DNA of 64,000 bases from Botryllus schlosseri (GCA_051294905.1 CM119372.1:27344001-27408000), one strand, 5' to 3'. Counted from the first letter of the stretch, positions 1-13,089 are shown. Numbers and translations are program-made. Notes: a model not told the origin generated them from the letters alone.

Positions 1-48
1 TTATGTGCTGGATGCCAATCTGCATTATGGGATTCTTTATATTGGCAG
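1..48 (+). CDS. LGR/GRL101-like rhodopsin-class GPCR, penultimate exon (TM6), truncated by window start
   Basis: Frame from nt 3 reads MCWMPICIMGFFILA(G), containing the TM6 CWxP motif. It ends at a phase-1 donor GCAG|GTATAA (GT at 49), phase-compatible with the acceptor at 2360. Confidence 0.8.
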
Positions 49-756
49 GTATAATTGTTTGGGATGATGGGATATGATAATGAATGATACGATAATAAGA
101 AAACCAAATATTGTATGCTGCATGTTCAATTCGTAAATCGAACGAAACGGTATAAAGGCTGGCCGTTAACATAACATTGACGCCCTATATGAGTATTCGC
201 ATACGTCCACAGAGCAGGACCGTAACTGCCGCTCCCCAAACCCGCAATTGTCGAGGTCGAAGGGAACCCAAAATTATTTCGTAATTTAACATAAATGATG
301 GAGTATTTTATATATTTTTAGAACTTAGTCAAATTTTCTTCGCGATTCGCGCGATTTATTTTTGCTAGATGTCATGATATCAATATCGATACCCCCTCAG
401 AACACGCATTATTTTTTAGAGAAAAGCATTTCGGCGTCGGTCATTACCGCGCCACGACACACCAAGACGTTGACAATGATGTTTCGGCTAACATACGAAT
501 GTGAAGTGTATGCTTCCAAAAAGCTTGCCGGCGAGGAATCCTTGACCCAAACATAACCGCCTCATGTTTACGGAAACCGATATATCCATGTCGAATTTTC
601 CCTTGTCAATAGGCGCCTAAATGGATGGCCTTTCCATTGCCTTGTCGTGGCAATCCGAGCCCCCACTTTACAAATGCCACCCGTAGAGAAAAATAATGCG
701 CCCGGTGAAGAAATGCCTGTTTGAGTTGTGTGCGTCGCATGGCAGAAGTTATTTAG

Positions 757-1753
757 TAGGGATGGTGTGAACCTCTGAAAGGTTCAGGTTCGTGTGAACG
801 CGAACCTTTTTGAAAGGTTCTGTGTGAACGCGAACGTGAACCTCATGACGTCATGTGACGTCATATTTCTAATTCCAACGCTACATTTCAGTTAAGTGAT
901 AGCCTATAGTAATGTACACAATACCTAGCGATGACTCGGGCCACATAATGACACAATGCTTAAATACATATTGGCGTTTGAAACCTAGCTAAATGCATCA
1001 AATGAGGCAGTCAAATGATATGATTTTCCCATAAAATCAATATCATCCGTCGCTTTGCCGACAATTTCGACGAGGAGTTGCCAGTGAATATAAGCTTACG
1101 CCTTAACAGTCTTCGCCAGACCGGACAATGTATTCGGCGTCTGACTATTGCTACATTGATATTGGGCAGAGCGTAGAACATGTTTCCATATTTGGTGCCG
1201 ATAATAGGCTACCCCACAAGTGATACAGCTGTAGCCAACACCTCAATCGCACGGATTTGGTTTTAATGATACAGTAAACATATGAAGTCAAGATTGACTG
1301 CTAAATTTATTACGTCAAAAGGCATTATCAATCTCATTGATTGGTTGAATAATGAATAAGCATCATTCGCTGACTACAGGTACTGCATGTCGCTCGTGAA
1401 GTTGTGTGATTGCTGGTCAAGCTCACAGCAGAGAGTCACTAAATATTCACAAACGGGATGCTAGATATTTCGTGCCAACTTTTGTAACAAAGCAAGTAAA
1501 ATCTTTGAGATTGTTAAAGTGCATGCTAGTTTTGTGTTGATTTTTATGCTGCCAGCGTCACGCATAGAGTGGCCCGCAGGTGAAATGCAATAAATTCGAA
1601 CCGAAAATATCATATTGAAGTGAAAAATGTAATATATATGAAAAAGGTTCACAGTGCAGAACCTACCAAAGTTCTGCTGTGAACGCGAACCTCTAAATTT
1701 CCGCGGTTCGCACACAGAACGCGAACGTGAACCTCAAGTTCACACCATCCCTA
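757..1753. mobile_element. Non-autonomous hAT-like element, family A (TAGGGATGGTGTGAAC TIR), copy 1, inside the GPCR intron
   Basis: TIRs TAGGGATGGTGTGAAC...GTTCACACCATCCCTA with subterminal GTGAAC/GCGAAC repeats. ATTTAG flanks both ends (partial TSD). Highly similar to 35781..36766 and 60464..63583. Confidence 0.9.
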
Positions 1754-2360
1754 ATTTAGGTCTGATACGTATCAGCGATTACGAAATATTTTGCCTATAT
1801 AGCAGACGGACGGTCAAGAAATATAAACATCGACACACTACCAAGTAATTGATAACAACGCGCCCGCTCGAAGATCCATAAGTATGAAATAAGGGCGCTA
1901 CATTGACAAACACACCAATGCCGTCCATACTAACGGTATAGATCTCAGCACATGGGCTATTAGTTGAAAATTCGACAGTAATATATGCAGTTCCAATTTC
2001 ATTTATCGAATTCAGCTATGTATTCGATTCTTCCCAGAAGTTTGATTTATTAGCCTATGGGGGCAAGATGGTGACAAAGTGCTGTTACTGTCCTCACACA
2101 GAGTATATGTTTATAGCGAGATTGCGTAATGGTAGGAAGCCCATCTTGGTGCTTGGTAGATCGTGGCTACAACCAACTTCCAGCAGGTCGAAGCCAATAC
2201 TTGATCGTAAAACTTGGATTGTGTGGAGAGGGAAGCAGTGGTACTGACTCGATACCCCTTCTGTTCTGTCGCATCTCCAAACAGATCGTTGGTGCACACG
2301 GAAATAAACTATCTTCCTTCTATTCGGCATTTCGTATCATATTCTTCCATATCATTTCAG

Positions 2361-2686
2361 GTGTAGACATCCCGACTGACGCGTATCTTCCATCGGGACG
2401 TCTAATTTTTCCAATAAACAGCGCTCTTAATCCATTCCTGTACTCTGATCTTCCTGACGTCATTTCAAATCGAGGACGAGGAATGGTGATCTGGCTGTGG
2501 CAATCATTTCGTAGATTGAGTAGTGCGCGAGGTCTGCAGGCGAAAGCGTATATCTATGAATACTGCCTTAATTATTTTATGTCAACAGAGTCGACGATAG
2601 CAAATTTACCTCGAGTGCAAACGGTGGAAATGGCTGTAAGCGAAGCGAAAGGACACCATATTCAAGGATTGTCGGGACTATGGTGA
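2361..2686 (+). CDS. LGR/GRL101-like GPCR, last coding exon (ECL3, TM7, C-tail)
   Basis: Acceptor CATTTCAG|GT, phase 1. Reads GVDIPTDAYLPSGRLIFPINSALNPFLYS..., where PINSALNPxLY is the LGR/relaxin-receptor/GRL101 TM7 signature. Stop TGA ends at 2686. Confidence 0.82.
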
Positions 2687-3288
2687 AATTTCATCCTGGA
2701 TGAGAGCCATATTCTTGACAGTAGATGCACCCAGCGGCATTAAATATGTCTAATAAATTTAGTCGAGGTTATTTCCGCCCAAAATGTACAACTGATGCTC
2801 TCTTTGTAAAGTGGGTTAACACTATAGGGCAGTGGTTCTTAACCTTTTTTCCTCCAGCGCCCCCTTTCAAAGATTATCGTGCTCCAGCGCCCCTCAACCT
2901 CATATTGTAAGGAATGTAACAAAGACATTGAGTAAGAGGAAGGGGCGTAACAGCACTTCATCAACCCCCTTAAAAATGACTGGCTTGCGCACCCATAGCG
3001 TGATAAACCAAACTTCTGAGGGCTTCGCCCCAAGAACCCCGTAGCGTGATTTCGATGGTCAGTAAAGTTTGTGTGGCCTAGACCTGGACGCCCCAGGTGC
3101 CAAAATATTCTATAATGCATGAATGAATAGGTGGTAATAACATATGTCGCTACAAACTTTTTATCCTCTCAGCCCACGTAATCAGATTTACCAGTAGCGC
3201 TGAGTGAGCTGTTGTATTGAAAAATAAAGGGCAGGTAATTAATATTAAACATATTCGGGCGTGCCCGTAGGTACAATTAATTCGTTAC

Positions 3289-4520
3289 CAGGGCCGTAAC
3301 AGCACTTCGTCAGCCTCCTAAAAAACGTTGGTCTTGGGCCCCCCGTAGGATGATAAATCAAACTTCCGGGGGGCTTCGCCCCCAGACCCCCCTTCGGCTA
3401 TCCGCTATTTGTTGATACTAGTCATCTACATTGGGTGTGCATATACTGAGCCAGCTATTCTCGCCTAGATGCGCGAAGTGCGAAAAATTTCAATAATTAT
3501 TGATTGAATTGGTCAATATGATCGGGAACTGCATATATATTGATATCAATTTTTATCCTCTCTCTGCTCACGCAAACAGATTTACCGGTAGAGCTGAGTG
3601 ATGTGTGATTGAAAAGAAAGGACCCCTCAATAATAATTATACATCTCAGGGCGTATTCCCGTTGGCACGAACGAAACGACACTTCGTCACGCCCACCGAA
3701 AAAACTTGGGTGTTGGGCTCCCTAAGGGTGATAAACCGACCGCCCCCCATCACGTTGTTCGCTTTTGCCACGAAATCAGCTGTACTGTTTAGCGAGCCAG
3801 TGCGAAGCGCGAAATTTTTCGATAATTCATGATAAAAATCGGTCAATAAGATCGGGAATTGCATATATATTGCTTTCAATTTCTTGTCCTCTCTGCTCAC
3901 GTTACCAGATTTACCGGTAGAGCTGAGTGAGGTGCAATGTTCCCTCTAAGCTGCGCACGTGCGCAGTGCCGACACGGTCTCTGCGCACAGAAAATCTACG
4001 TTGCGCACAACAAATCGGAAGTTATGACCTTTTTTTAGTCGTTACGCACTGTTGTTCAAGGGTCTGCGCAGTGAGTTTGTGAGTGTGCGCAGACTCGTCA
4101 AAACGTAGAGGGAACATTGTGAGGTGTCTTGGAAACTGTAGGGCCCGTAAGTAATAATTAAACATAGTCGGGCGGGCGGACCCGTTGATATGACTTCGTA
4201 GCATGATGTTATTTCGTGACCTCCTGTCTGCTATATCAGAAAAAATATAGAATCGCCCAACCGGGATATCGCCCAACGGGGATATCTAGTTCTATATATC
4301 CCTGTCGTCCAATCGTACTAAACTAAAAGACGCACACGATTTCAAATTGGTATTTCTTCACTGGCATATTATTTTTCCCTGCCAGATGGAATTCGTCTTC
4401 TGGGGTTCAGATTGCCAAGACAGGAACAGTCGGTGCCAGTCATTTAGGCGCCTATGGACAATTAAAGCTATATGTCTTTTGTAGGCTATATATAACGATA
4501 TTTTCGGTGTTAATTCGCTC
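3289..4520 (-). mobile_element. Family-B element fragment (CAGGGCCGTAAC TIR)
   Basis: Begins CAGGGCCGTAACAGCACTTCGTCAG and is collinear with the reverse complement of 57469..58794. The right boundary is approximate. Confidence 0.75.
3935..4119. mobile_element. Small hAT-like MITE inserted in a family-B element
   Basis: TIR CAATGTTCCCTCTA / TAGAGGGAACATTG. TGAGGTG is duplicated on both sides. The insertion is absent at the equivalent site in the copies near 17620 and 58155. Confidence 0.85.
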
Positions 4521-7500
4521 TGAATACTCATTAAGGATATGTCCTACTACCACATCATCTGCTGCGAAGCCATTTTACTCCAGCACCCCCCCATACCGCC
4601 CCCCTGAGCCCAGCGTCCCCCATATCGCCCCCTGAGCGTTTCCGCCCCCTTCAAATTCGTCAGCGCCCCTTGGGGGGCGCTGGAGGCAAGGTTGAGAACC
4701 ACTGCTATATGGTAACCATATTTTGGAATTAGGAAAGGATGACACTTTTTCAAAATTTTCAGACTTGAATACTGGAGTAAAATCCGAAAAAAATAATAAA
4801 TTTTCCCAACATTTTGGTTGGTTGACTAGAAAAAGGTAAACTTTCCGCCTCAACTCCCGAAGAACAGTTTCTCTTTCACACTTTACGTTGGTTGACTTAA
4901 AAAAATTGTCACTTTCGTTCGAACCACGAATTTCCTATTTAGCGTCATTTATGATCATTTCACTCGAATCTATCCACTATCTTAGCTCTAACAGCTGTAA
5001 AGGAGAACGAATTGCCAAAAAGGTGGACATTTTGGCGTCCTTGGAGGACATTTTAAAAAACTTGAAAAAGGAGGACGCATCATACCATGTAGTCAGCACC
5101 TTCATCTCATGTATGGCTATCTGAAATCCGATCCTTCTAAAACGGAGTGTTGGTTGACTATATAAGATGCATTGTATGTGACTCTATCTATGCCTGATCG
5201 TTGTGGCTCTTTAGCTGATATTTCAATTTCAGTTTTTTTATGTGATTGTCCAATGTATATGAGGCTGATCTTTGTACTAACATAAAAACAAATATGGACC
5301 TTCGGCTTTGACAGATGTCTGCCTTTTCTGATTTATTGGAATCGCGGTGTAATGGCATTCGGGATTGCATTGTATTATTTATTCAATGACACTTCGTGAA
5401 ATATGTGACAACATCGTTGATCTTAATCCATTGAATTTAAACATTCTGTCAGTTGCTGCATCGCAGGGAGCAGGAAAGACCACTCTAAACAAGATAATGA
5501 TAGATTTCTCGATATAGAGAGATATCATGAAGCTGTGTTATAACGCAGTAACAGAGTAACCCAATGCGACTATCATATCCGAATCTACATAGTCGAAAAC
5601 AATATAGCTATTCACTAGAAGAGTGAAATTGCATTTCGAAATATGAATTGGACATTTGTCTGCGTCTGCAGATCTATGCAAAGCGACAGTTGCATTCAGC
5701 ACTTTCAGTATCGAATTTTAGTATGGAGCAGTTGACCGACATTTGCCCTGCGATACAATGAAAAACTAATGTTGAGCAAGCAGCACTTTAGCATATGAGC
5801 TTAAAACCCTGAAACTAAATTTAACTCAAATGCTTAAGAGTTAATGCTTGCTTTTGTTGTGCATGCTCACATCTTCAAGAACAGCTGAGCCATGGAATGA
5901 AATGCGAAGGTATGGATCATGATAGCACATTGTACAAATAAGATGTGAATATATTCCATAAGGACATTCTTTTCCTGCTTTCGTAGATAACTGTAGTCAG
6001 TGATATCCGCGTTCATGCGACCGAAAAGTTTTATTTATTGGCGGATCAAGTCATATACAAACCGGTGATCGTGCTACACATCCGTTTACTTTACCTTATT
6101 AGAGTATAGGAAAATTTTGTGCTGTTGAAGTTGCACGTGATTTGTGTGAGGATTTAGCATCCCACGATTCAAGGAATCAAAGAATAGTCATGTCCTGCAG
6201 AATATTGGATTCGAATTCACAGTGATTATATTCGACGGGTGATCTCGTTATATGTTACCAACAGTGACACAACTGTGGGCGCGCGAATATTCGGTGTCGC
6301 CATTTTGGTTCCTCTTCACGTTCGATGCTCGCATTAAAATATAGTAATTGAGCTGTTACGATCGCTGAAAGGATCCGCGATTACCCTATTCTAAATTTAT
6401 TTTTGTGCGTCATTAACTTAACTTTATGCATAAGGATTTAATGACTAGATGTGTCTGAAATCGGAATCTATTCGGTCATGTTGACTAGAAGCATATACCA
6501 GACTTAACTGTTGGGATATTCAATAGAATTTTCAATTTACATTTTCCAATATGTCATTAATTCACGTTTGGCCGTAATGACAGATAAAGAAGCATAGTGT
6601 CCTAATGGCATATATGTAATACTTTCGATCTGGCCAAATACAATTTTACGACCTTTTAGACCGGCTTGCCGAGCATAGAGTTTGATAAAACGGGTATCAA
6701 TGGAAAGCGGCTGTGTACTGATTACGAAAATATCAATATTATTCTGTCTTGTAGGCCTACCTATTGAATTTGCGATGTCAGAGCATTAAGTCCAATGATA
6801 CAATCAATTCATCTTACTCTTACATTATGTGCAATGACTTCATGGTCGGACATTTCAGATTGACTCCAAAATTTATGTGCTACGCTAAATCCTCAATCCA
6901 TTACGATTCATTGCGGTAGTGCCGTATATTTTCACAGGAAGTTGATAATTGATAATAAATTGCAATTGTGACCATTTTTATGTTACAATAACACAACGGC
7001 CTGCCGACGTAGGCCTACCATAAATCTACATCAAATGCACTTCAGTCAGAGTTTAATGCACACCATTTTCAAAGGCATACTACGCATGACACTGCCGGAA
7101 TATATGGTTAGCCTACTTTAGCATAACTTCCAGTTATTATATAATCGAAATTATTTTCGTTGCTGTTGGACGTAGATTGTCATAGCTGGTGTTACTTCAG
7201 CGTCAACTTCCGGTTATTATATATAATTGAAATTATTATCGTTGCTATTGGTCGTAGGTTGGTATAGCTGGGGGACAAAAGCCGCCGTTCCCCCTCCCAT
7301 TTCGACTTGTACATTGTGAATCCATACGTGTCACTACATATCATCAGAGTCGGATGAAATCTTTTATATATAGCTTACATATTATTCGATAATATGAATA
7401 TATTTTCGAATATATAAACAAAACAAATATAAATAAACTTTCAATAATTGTACAATTTTCTGAAGAGCTCTGTGGCCCACCTCAAATTACTCCTTTGGTT

Positions 7501-7677
7501 CGCCAGTGGGCCATAGCCCACCCTTTGAGAACCCCTGCACTAATGCTTACAATTCCTATACGTGCTTTTACCTTTGAATTCCAATATCTCTATATATAGT
7601 GACAATTGCTGCTGGCAGCGTAAGGGAACGCGAGAAAAGTGGTATTTGGCGACGAGTTAACGACAGCCTCCATTGAA

Positions 7678-8580
7678 ATGAATGCAACGAATGTGTCACA
7701 ATACCCATCAGCGGGCACCTTTCCAACTGAAGAACTGGAGGAAATAAATTTGATCCTTTTGGTAGCGACATTTTGGATAATATCAAACTTGTTGGCCTAC
7801 GGGAGAGCTAAAAGAAAATTTAAGACGAATACGAACGACGGCAGATTGTACATGCTATGCAGTTTCACTATGATTTTGGGTTCGATTCAGCTTTTCGTGG
7901 ACATTGCCATGTTTCACGTCCAGCTTAATCCTGAAACTTGTGAATTGATGGCGGATGTGAGCACTGTATTCACAGGATTGGCATTATTTCCGGTTTACAC
8001 TTTTTTGTGGTTTCGTCAACATGTTATCTATTCCAACCCGATTTTACGGCCACTCGTACCTAAGTTTATTAGGTACCTTAGCTATTTCGTACTATTGAAT
8101 ATGATAGTCTCCGTCTCCATATTATTTTACATGGCCGTGATCCCTTTTTCAAACACGGTTGTTCCTTGGTATGGTTGTTCCGAAATATCGCAGTACGAAA
8201 ATTCATCTGAACGAACAGTTCAGATATTCCCTATCGTCACTGGCGTATTCCTATTATGTGGACAATGTTTTCTGTTATTTCTCTTCCTCTACCCAATTTA
8301 TATCATAAAAAAGATACGTGTCCCTGCCCGAATGGCAAGTGACGACGTGGCGATTTCGAAGAAGGTCAGAAGATGCGTCATCTGTTTCGATGTTGTAATA
8401 ATGACTGACTTCATGTCAATTGCCTTAACGATGCCGTCATGGTATCCTCCGTCATATGTATTTTTACACAGCATAACGAACACTGATGTTTGTATGAATC
8501 AGACAACAATGTTAGCAACGTTCGAATACTTCGGAGAGTTGATGTGCTACCTAGCTTACCGTCGTGGAAGTGCAAATTAA
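7678..8580 (+). CDS. Intronless orphan 7-transmembrane (GPCR-like) protein, ~300 aa
   Basis: The first ATG of the 313-codon ORF is at 7678. N-terminal N-glycosylation sequons NAT and NVS. Seven hydrophobic segments. Cys at the top of TM3 (ETCEL) and Cys in the ECL2 position (WYGCSE). TM3 ends in FLWFRQxxxYxxP instead of DRY. Confidence 0.85.
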   Translation: MNATNVSQYPSAGTFPTEELEEINLILLVATFWIISNLLAYGRAKRKFKTNTNDGRLYMLCSFTMILGSIQLFVDIAMFHVQLNPETCELMADVSTVFTGLALFPVYTFLWFRQHVIYSNPILRPLVPKFIRYLSYFVLLNMIVSVSILFYMAVIPFSNTVVPWYGCSEISQYENSSERTVQIFPIVTGVFLLCGQCFLLFLFLYPIYIIKKIRVPARMASDDVAISKKVRRCVICFDVVIMTDFMSIALTMPSWYPPSYVFLHSITNTDVCMNQTTMLATFEYFGELMCYLAYRRGSAN

Positions 8581-8890
8581 CAGGGGTAGTTTGTGTTATA
8601 TAGGGAAACTTGAGCATTGCTCCCAAGTATAATTCTGTGCTATACAAATATTAACTGAAGTTCTTTTATATAGACAACGAGCAATGAAAGTAACGAAATT
8701 GCGGCAAATATCGCTGTAGTTTCTGTGTCTTTGCTTGTAACTACCTCGACAGGGCATCCGTGCTCTTGTCCCGATAGCGCTTCACACCAAAGCTCTACTT
8801 ATCTATGCCACAAAAACTGCTCGCAATGAGGAAATCCACGATTTAGTTACTTCATTTATTTTGGTTGGCTAAATTAGTGATCACTTAGGG

Positions 8891-9526
8891 CAGTGATTTC
8901 CAAGCTGTTTGTCAACACGGCCCATTACTGTGCCGCCACAGACTCCCCGGTGTGCCACGAATATTTTGGGAAAGAACTGTATAAATATTTCTAAAGGGAC
9001 TGAAGACTAGTACACGCGACTTATCGGCGCTCGAACTTCTTCAACAGCAGATAAATAAGCAAATCCTTCAATGAAAGCAATTAGGGCATCGTAATAAATA
9101 AATAAATCTTTCAACAAAAGAACTGGCTAATAATGTTCGAAAATGCCTATTATTTTTAAAGAGAAGTCGATTTTCACAAAATAAATGGGATGCTTCTGGG
9201 CTCTCTTCTTCCAAATCTTATCCCATGATCGGTGCAAAAACAATAAAAATTTTGGTAACATCAGCATCCTCATGACAATATGACCAATAACCATGACTTT
9301 TCTTTATTGAATGAAATTAGAAGCTGTAAAACGAGAGGTAATACTTGGAATTAATGACGACATCCCGGTATGTTTGGCAGCAATGCAGCCTCGTTTCTGT
9401 TGTATATGTTCTGTTAATATAAGGAGGCACATTCATCGTTTTTATAGCAATATTTCTCTGCCTGTGCCGTGAGATTTTTATAATTTTTCTAGTGGGCCAC
9501 CAGCTGAAAATGTTGGGAAGCCACTG
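8891..9526. mobile_element. Decayed hAT (Charlie/Buster-like) non-autonomous element
   Basis: Ends CAGTGATTTCCAA / TTGGGAAGCCACTG. TSD ACTTAGGG/ACTTTTGG (6/8). Confidence 0.6.
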
Positions 9527-11000
9527 ACTTTTGGCAAGTTCTGATTTTTACTAGCTCGTTGTAGTTATATCTGTTATCTGAACTATATGTCGTCAGAGTA
9601 TATGTGTCCGCCGTGCGACGTCGACCGTTTCTGTAATTTTAAAGCCTGTGTACACAGGAGTTGTCGGAACTGTTGCCGACAAAATAGAAAAATCGTAGAT
9701 GTGTGATGCACACCAACATCGTCGATCGTCGCAAATTTGGCTTTGGTCGATTATATGGAAATACGGATAATTCGTGCCAGTACTAGGCATTACTTTTCGT
9801 GAGTCCGTTAAGTGTAGGCCTGCGGTGCGCTGCATCGGTCAACTCAAAACAGGGCTGGGCAACGATATGTAATGCCACAAATCGACTGCACCCGAGTACC
9901 AACGAATGTGGGTGTGGGACTGCTGCAATGCGCATGACCGTTTGGATATCGTATATGCATGCCGCGGTGTACTGTGTACTCCAGTTCGGTGCTTTTCAAC
10001 CATTCTCGAAATGGTACACCCGATTATGCATCGTTTGCTCAAAACTTATGCGACATAGCGCAATACACCGACAAAAATCGGAATAAAGATGAGCAACGCT
10101 GTGAGATATTGGAAATGCGGAGATTGTATTTATTCAAATACGAAACCTAATCGGTAAATTATTATTGAGAAGAATATTGAGAAGCGACATCTAAAATTTC
10201 GTATAGTTTTTAAACTGATCAATAACATCACCGGTTAGGTAGCGTAAGTTTAATTTCTTCTTCGCAAACTGCTTCACGACCGACAATAGAAAATTAAGAT
10301 CCAAATAATCGTAGTCAGGGAAATGAACTTCAACATTTTGCTGTAGAACATCGAGATATTCCTTTACGGCCGATTTACCTTTTGTTTCAATACTATGGTT
10401 TTCGATCTGTCAATTAAGATTTTGATAAAGTTTTTCAAGAGTTCAAATTCTCAAATAAAACATTTTCGTTATACATTCAGTATTAACCTAACTTACAACG
10501 GTATTTTTGTATATTGCACTATTTATAATCGCAAGTCGTGAACCTGCGATACAAGTTGAGGTATTTTATACTGGCTTTCTTCTAGTAAGTAACGCAGCGT
10601 TAGTACGTCGCTGAGGTTGCGATGAACACAAGATATGTAGCTGTAAACGAGTGCTCTTCCAATCTGCCTCATGAATAAATCACTGATCGGCTTCTCACGG
10701 ATACGATTGTAGGCCATGGCATGAAAAAATGGTGAACCACCGCAGTGAGAGATGTGAAGAAATGTTTTCTCCACATAAATTTTTCGTGAAATCCCAGGAA
10801 AGCATATCTGCGGTTTCTACCCTGTCAGTAGTTGGTGTCGATGCCACAGACTTGCCATCGTAACGAGAGTGAAAACGCAGCATTATTGTTGGAGGAAGGT
10901 TATCACGTCGCATCAAAATTTTGCGCGTCCTGTAGTCACAAATGATGAACTTTTGTGTCCTGATTTCAAAATTTTGAAAGACTGTAAAGACTGTTTAAAC

Positions 11001-12692
11001 CAGTTTTTTTCAACCTGGTGCGCGCGGGAGGCTGTCAGGGGGGGGCGAGAAATTCACAAAGTCTTTATAAATCGTGACTTAAATTGTGTTTCACAATCAT
11101 GCTGAATAGACGATTGTTGAAGATGGAACTTATTTCGTATTCAAGAAAGTTTGCCTAATTCGAACTCCAGCTGTCTGAGTATAGGCTAATTTCAACTTTG
11201 TTAGAGCAAATATTTTATATTCTTTGAAGATATAGAGCAATTCTCACGTGTAAGTCATTCATTACTTCATAGTTTTGGCAGTAGCGTGAAGCTCGGTGCG
11301 CTAGATAGCTGTTGTTAATAGCCGGCGAACTGCACTGCCTAAGACAGACTTAGATGCAATATTGGTTGCCCGGTTTCGCCATCAATTAGGCTACCCTAAA
11401 TCAACACAATTTTATTCAATTCCAAAACTGATCACATTTAGCATGGCTGGACAGAACGACGCCGTGCTCTCTGTAGTCACTACCAGCATTAGGATTATAG
11501 TCTCATTGCAACCTACCTTGAAATAAATTGATGTCCTGTTGTCAATGTTTTTTGTTATTTTCAAACAAGTTCGGGTAAATTTGTCAGAAATGTAAAAGAC
11601 TCAACAACTGGAATGCGGATTCAAACTTGGCGCAGGATATACCATATGTAGACTATTTGATCAGGGGTGGGAAACTTGCGGCCGTACGGCCGAATGCTGT
11701 CGTAGAGGGGAATTTGTGCGGCCGTCGACACCTAATTCAATTAGTATGTGGTGGCGGCCGTCGACATGCAAATTGAAATTACGAATTCACTCCCGAATTT
11801 TTGAGAGATTTTAATTATTCTTGAAACTTTCTTCGCGCTCCGCGCAATTTAACACGACTTTATTTTCGATTTTAGTATAGGAGCGCCCTTCTCAATCCAA
11901 GCCGGACTCGGAATCGTGTGCTCCTCATGAAAAATATTGTTTATGGTACTTTTGGGCAATTTCAATATATTTCCACTACCGATACAATCGACAATCCCGA
12001 TGGGCGGGGGCGGGGGGATGGTCAAGAAATAAAAGCATTCAACAAAGGGACTAATACCAATTGGCCCAGTCGGCACTCCCTACATCAGCGCTACCGCTGA
12101 ATCTGATCACATGGGCTGAGAAAGGATAAATATTTGATAGTAATATGTGATACTGCTACTTTCAATTACGGAATTCATTCGTGAATCTGAAAAATTTTCG
12201 CGACGATATGCTATCCCAGCAACCATTCACAGTATTGCCATTCACGATCTCGGTACGTACAATAGGTTGTTGTGAAAAGCGGAATGGTCCGTAGTTCACC
12301 GGGAATGAATATGGACAGTTAAACATAGGTTATTATTATTATTATTATTGACATTTCTACAATGGCGCTTCTCGCCATTTCCAGGCTATGTGCGTGCACC
12401 ACGACACGAATTTTTGTAATGTTCATAAATCTTCGTCTTTGGTAATGTTGTGGACGACTTCTTCATTCTCTCACTCATTCTCTCTCGCACCCGTGCGTCC
12501 CAGTCTTGGTCTTTGCTGCCGACTTGTAGCACGGCTCACTTTCGGTCTGGGTATTTCAATGCACTGCAACCGCAGTGAGGTCGGCAATGAGGAGCCCAGA
12601 GAAACCTCCGACACATAGGGGTCAGGGCAGGGGGCGCAATTGTTTTGTCCATCGCCAAGGGGGCGCATGTCCAAAAAGGTTGAGAACCGCTG
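11001..12692. mobile_element. hAT (Charlie-like) non-autonomous element
   Basis: Ends CAGTTTTTTTTCAACCT / AGGTTGAGAACCGCTG. Perfect 8-bp TSD GTTTAAAC. A second hAT left end (CAGGGGTGGGAAAC) lies inside at 11662. Confidence 0.8.
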
Positions 12693-13089
12693 GTTTAAAC
12701 AAAAACCTCCCGCACAAAATTTTTTCCAGTTATCACCGTATGAACGATAGGCTTTCTTTTGTAGATACAGACTATATAATATGTATATCGACTGATTCGA
12801 ATTTTACTAATTTTACTAACACAATTCCAATTGCGAAGATGTAGAATAGTATTCTGGTAAATGGCGATTGCTCAGATTGAATTAATCCTATTGTGTTCTT
12901 GTTTACAGTCAGAATTAAATAATTATTAAATAATTATTGATTTCGATTTTAGATGTAGATTGTAGCCTATCTATCGTATAATTTCCATTTGTCTGACACA
13001 AATCAAACTGGGTGCTCCATAAGGCCAAAGTAGATCAACTCAAGATATATTCAGCGGTCTAGAAAACCGATTAGAGGAATATGATGTAT

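Larger units (their letters stand above)
2830..4704. mobile_element. hAT (Charlie-like) non-autonomous element hosting nested family-B pieces
   Basis: TIR CAGTGGTTCTTAACCTT / AAGGTTGAGAACCACTG. TSD CTATAGGG/CTATATGG (7/8). Confidence 0.8.

Noticed and set aside
2129..2360. 5' part of the 185-aa ORF as coding sequence
   Set aside because: It lies upstream of a clear acceptor at 2360. GPCR similarity starts after it and TM6 is found at 1..48.
9770..10042. Possible THAP zinc-finger relic on the minus strand (SKRCIIGC...)
   Set aside because: It needs several frameshifts and the conserved W and CxxHF residues are not cleanly recoverable.
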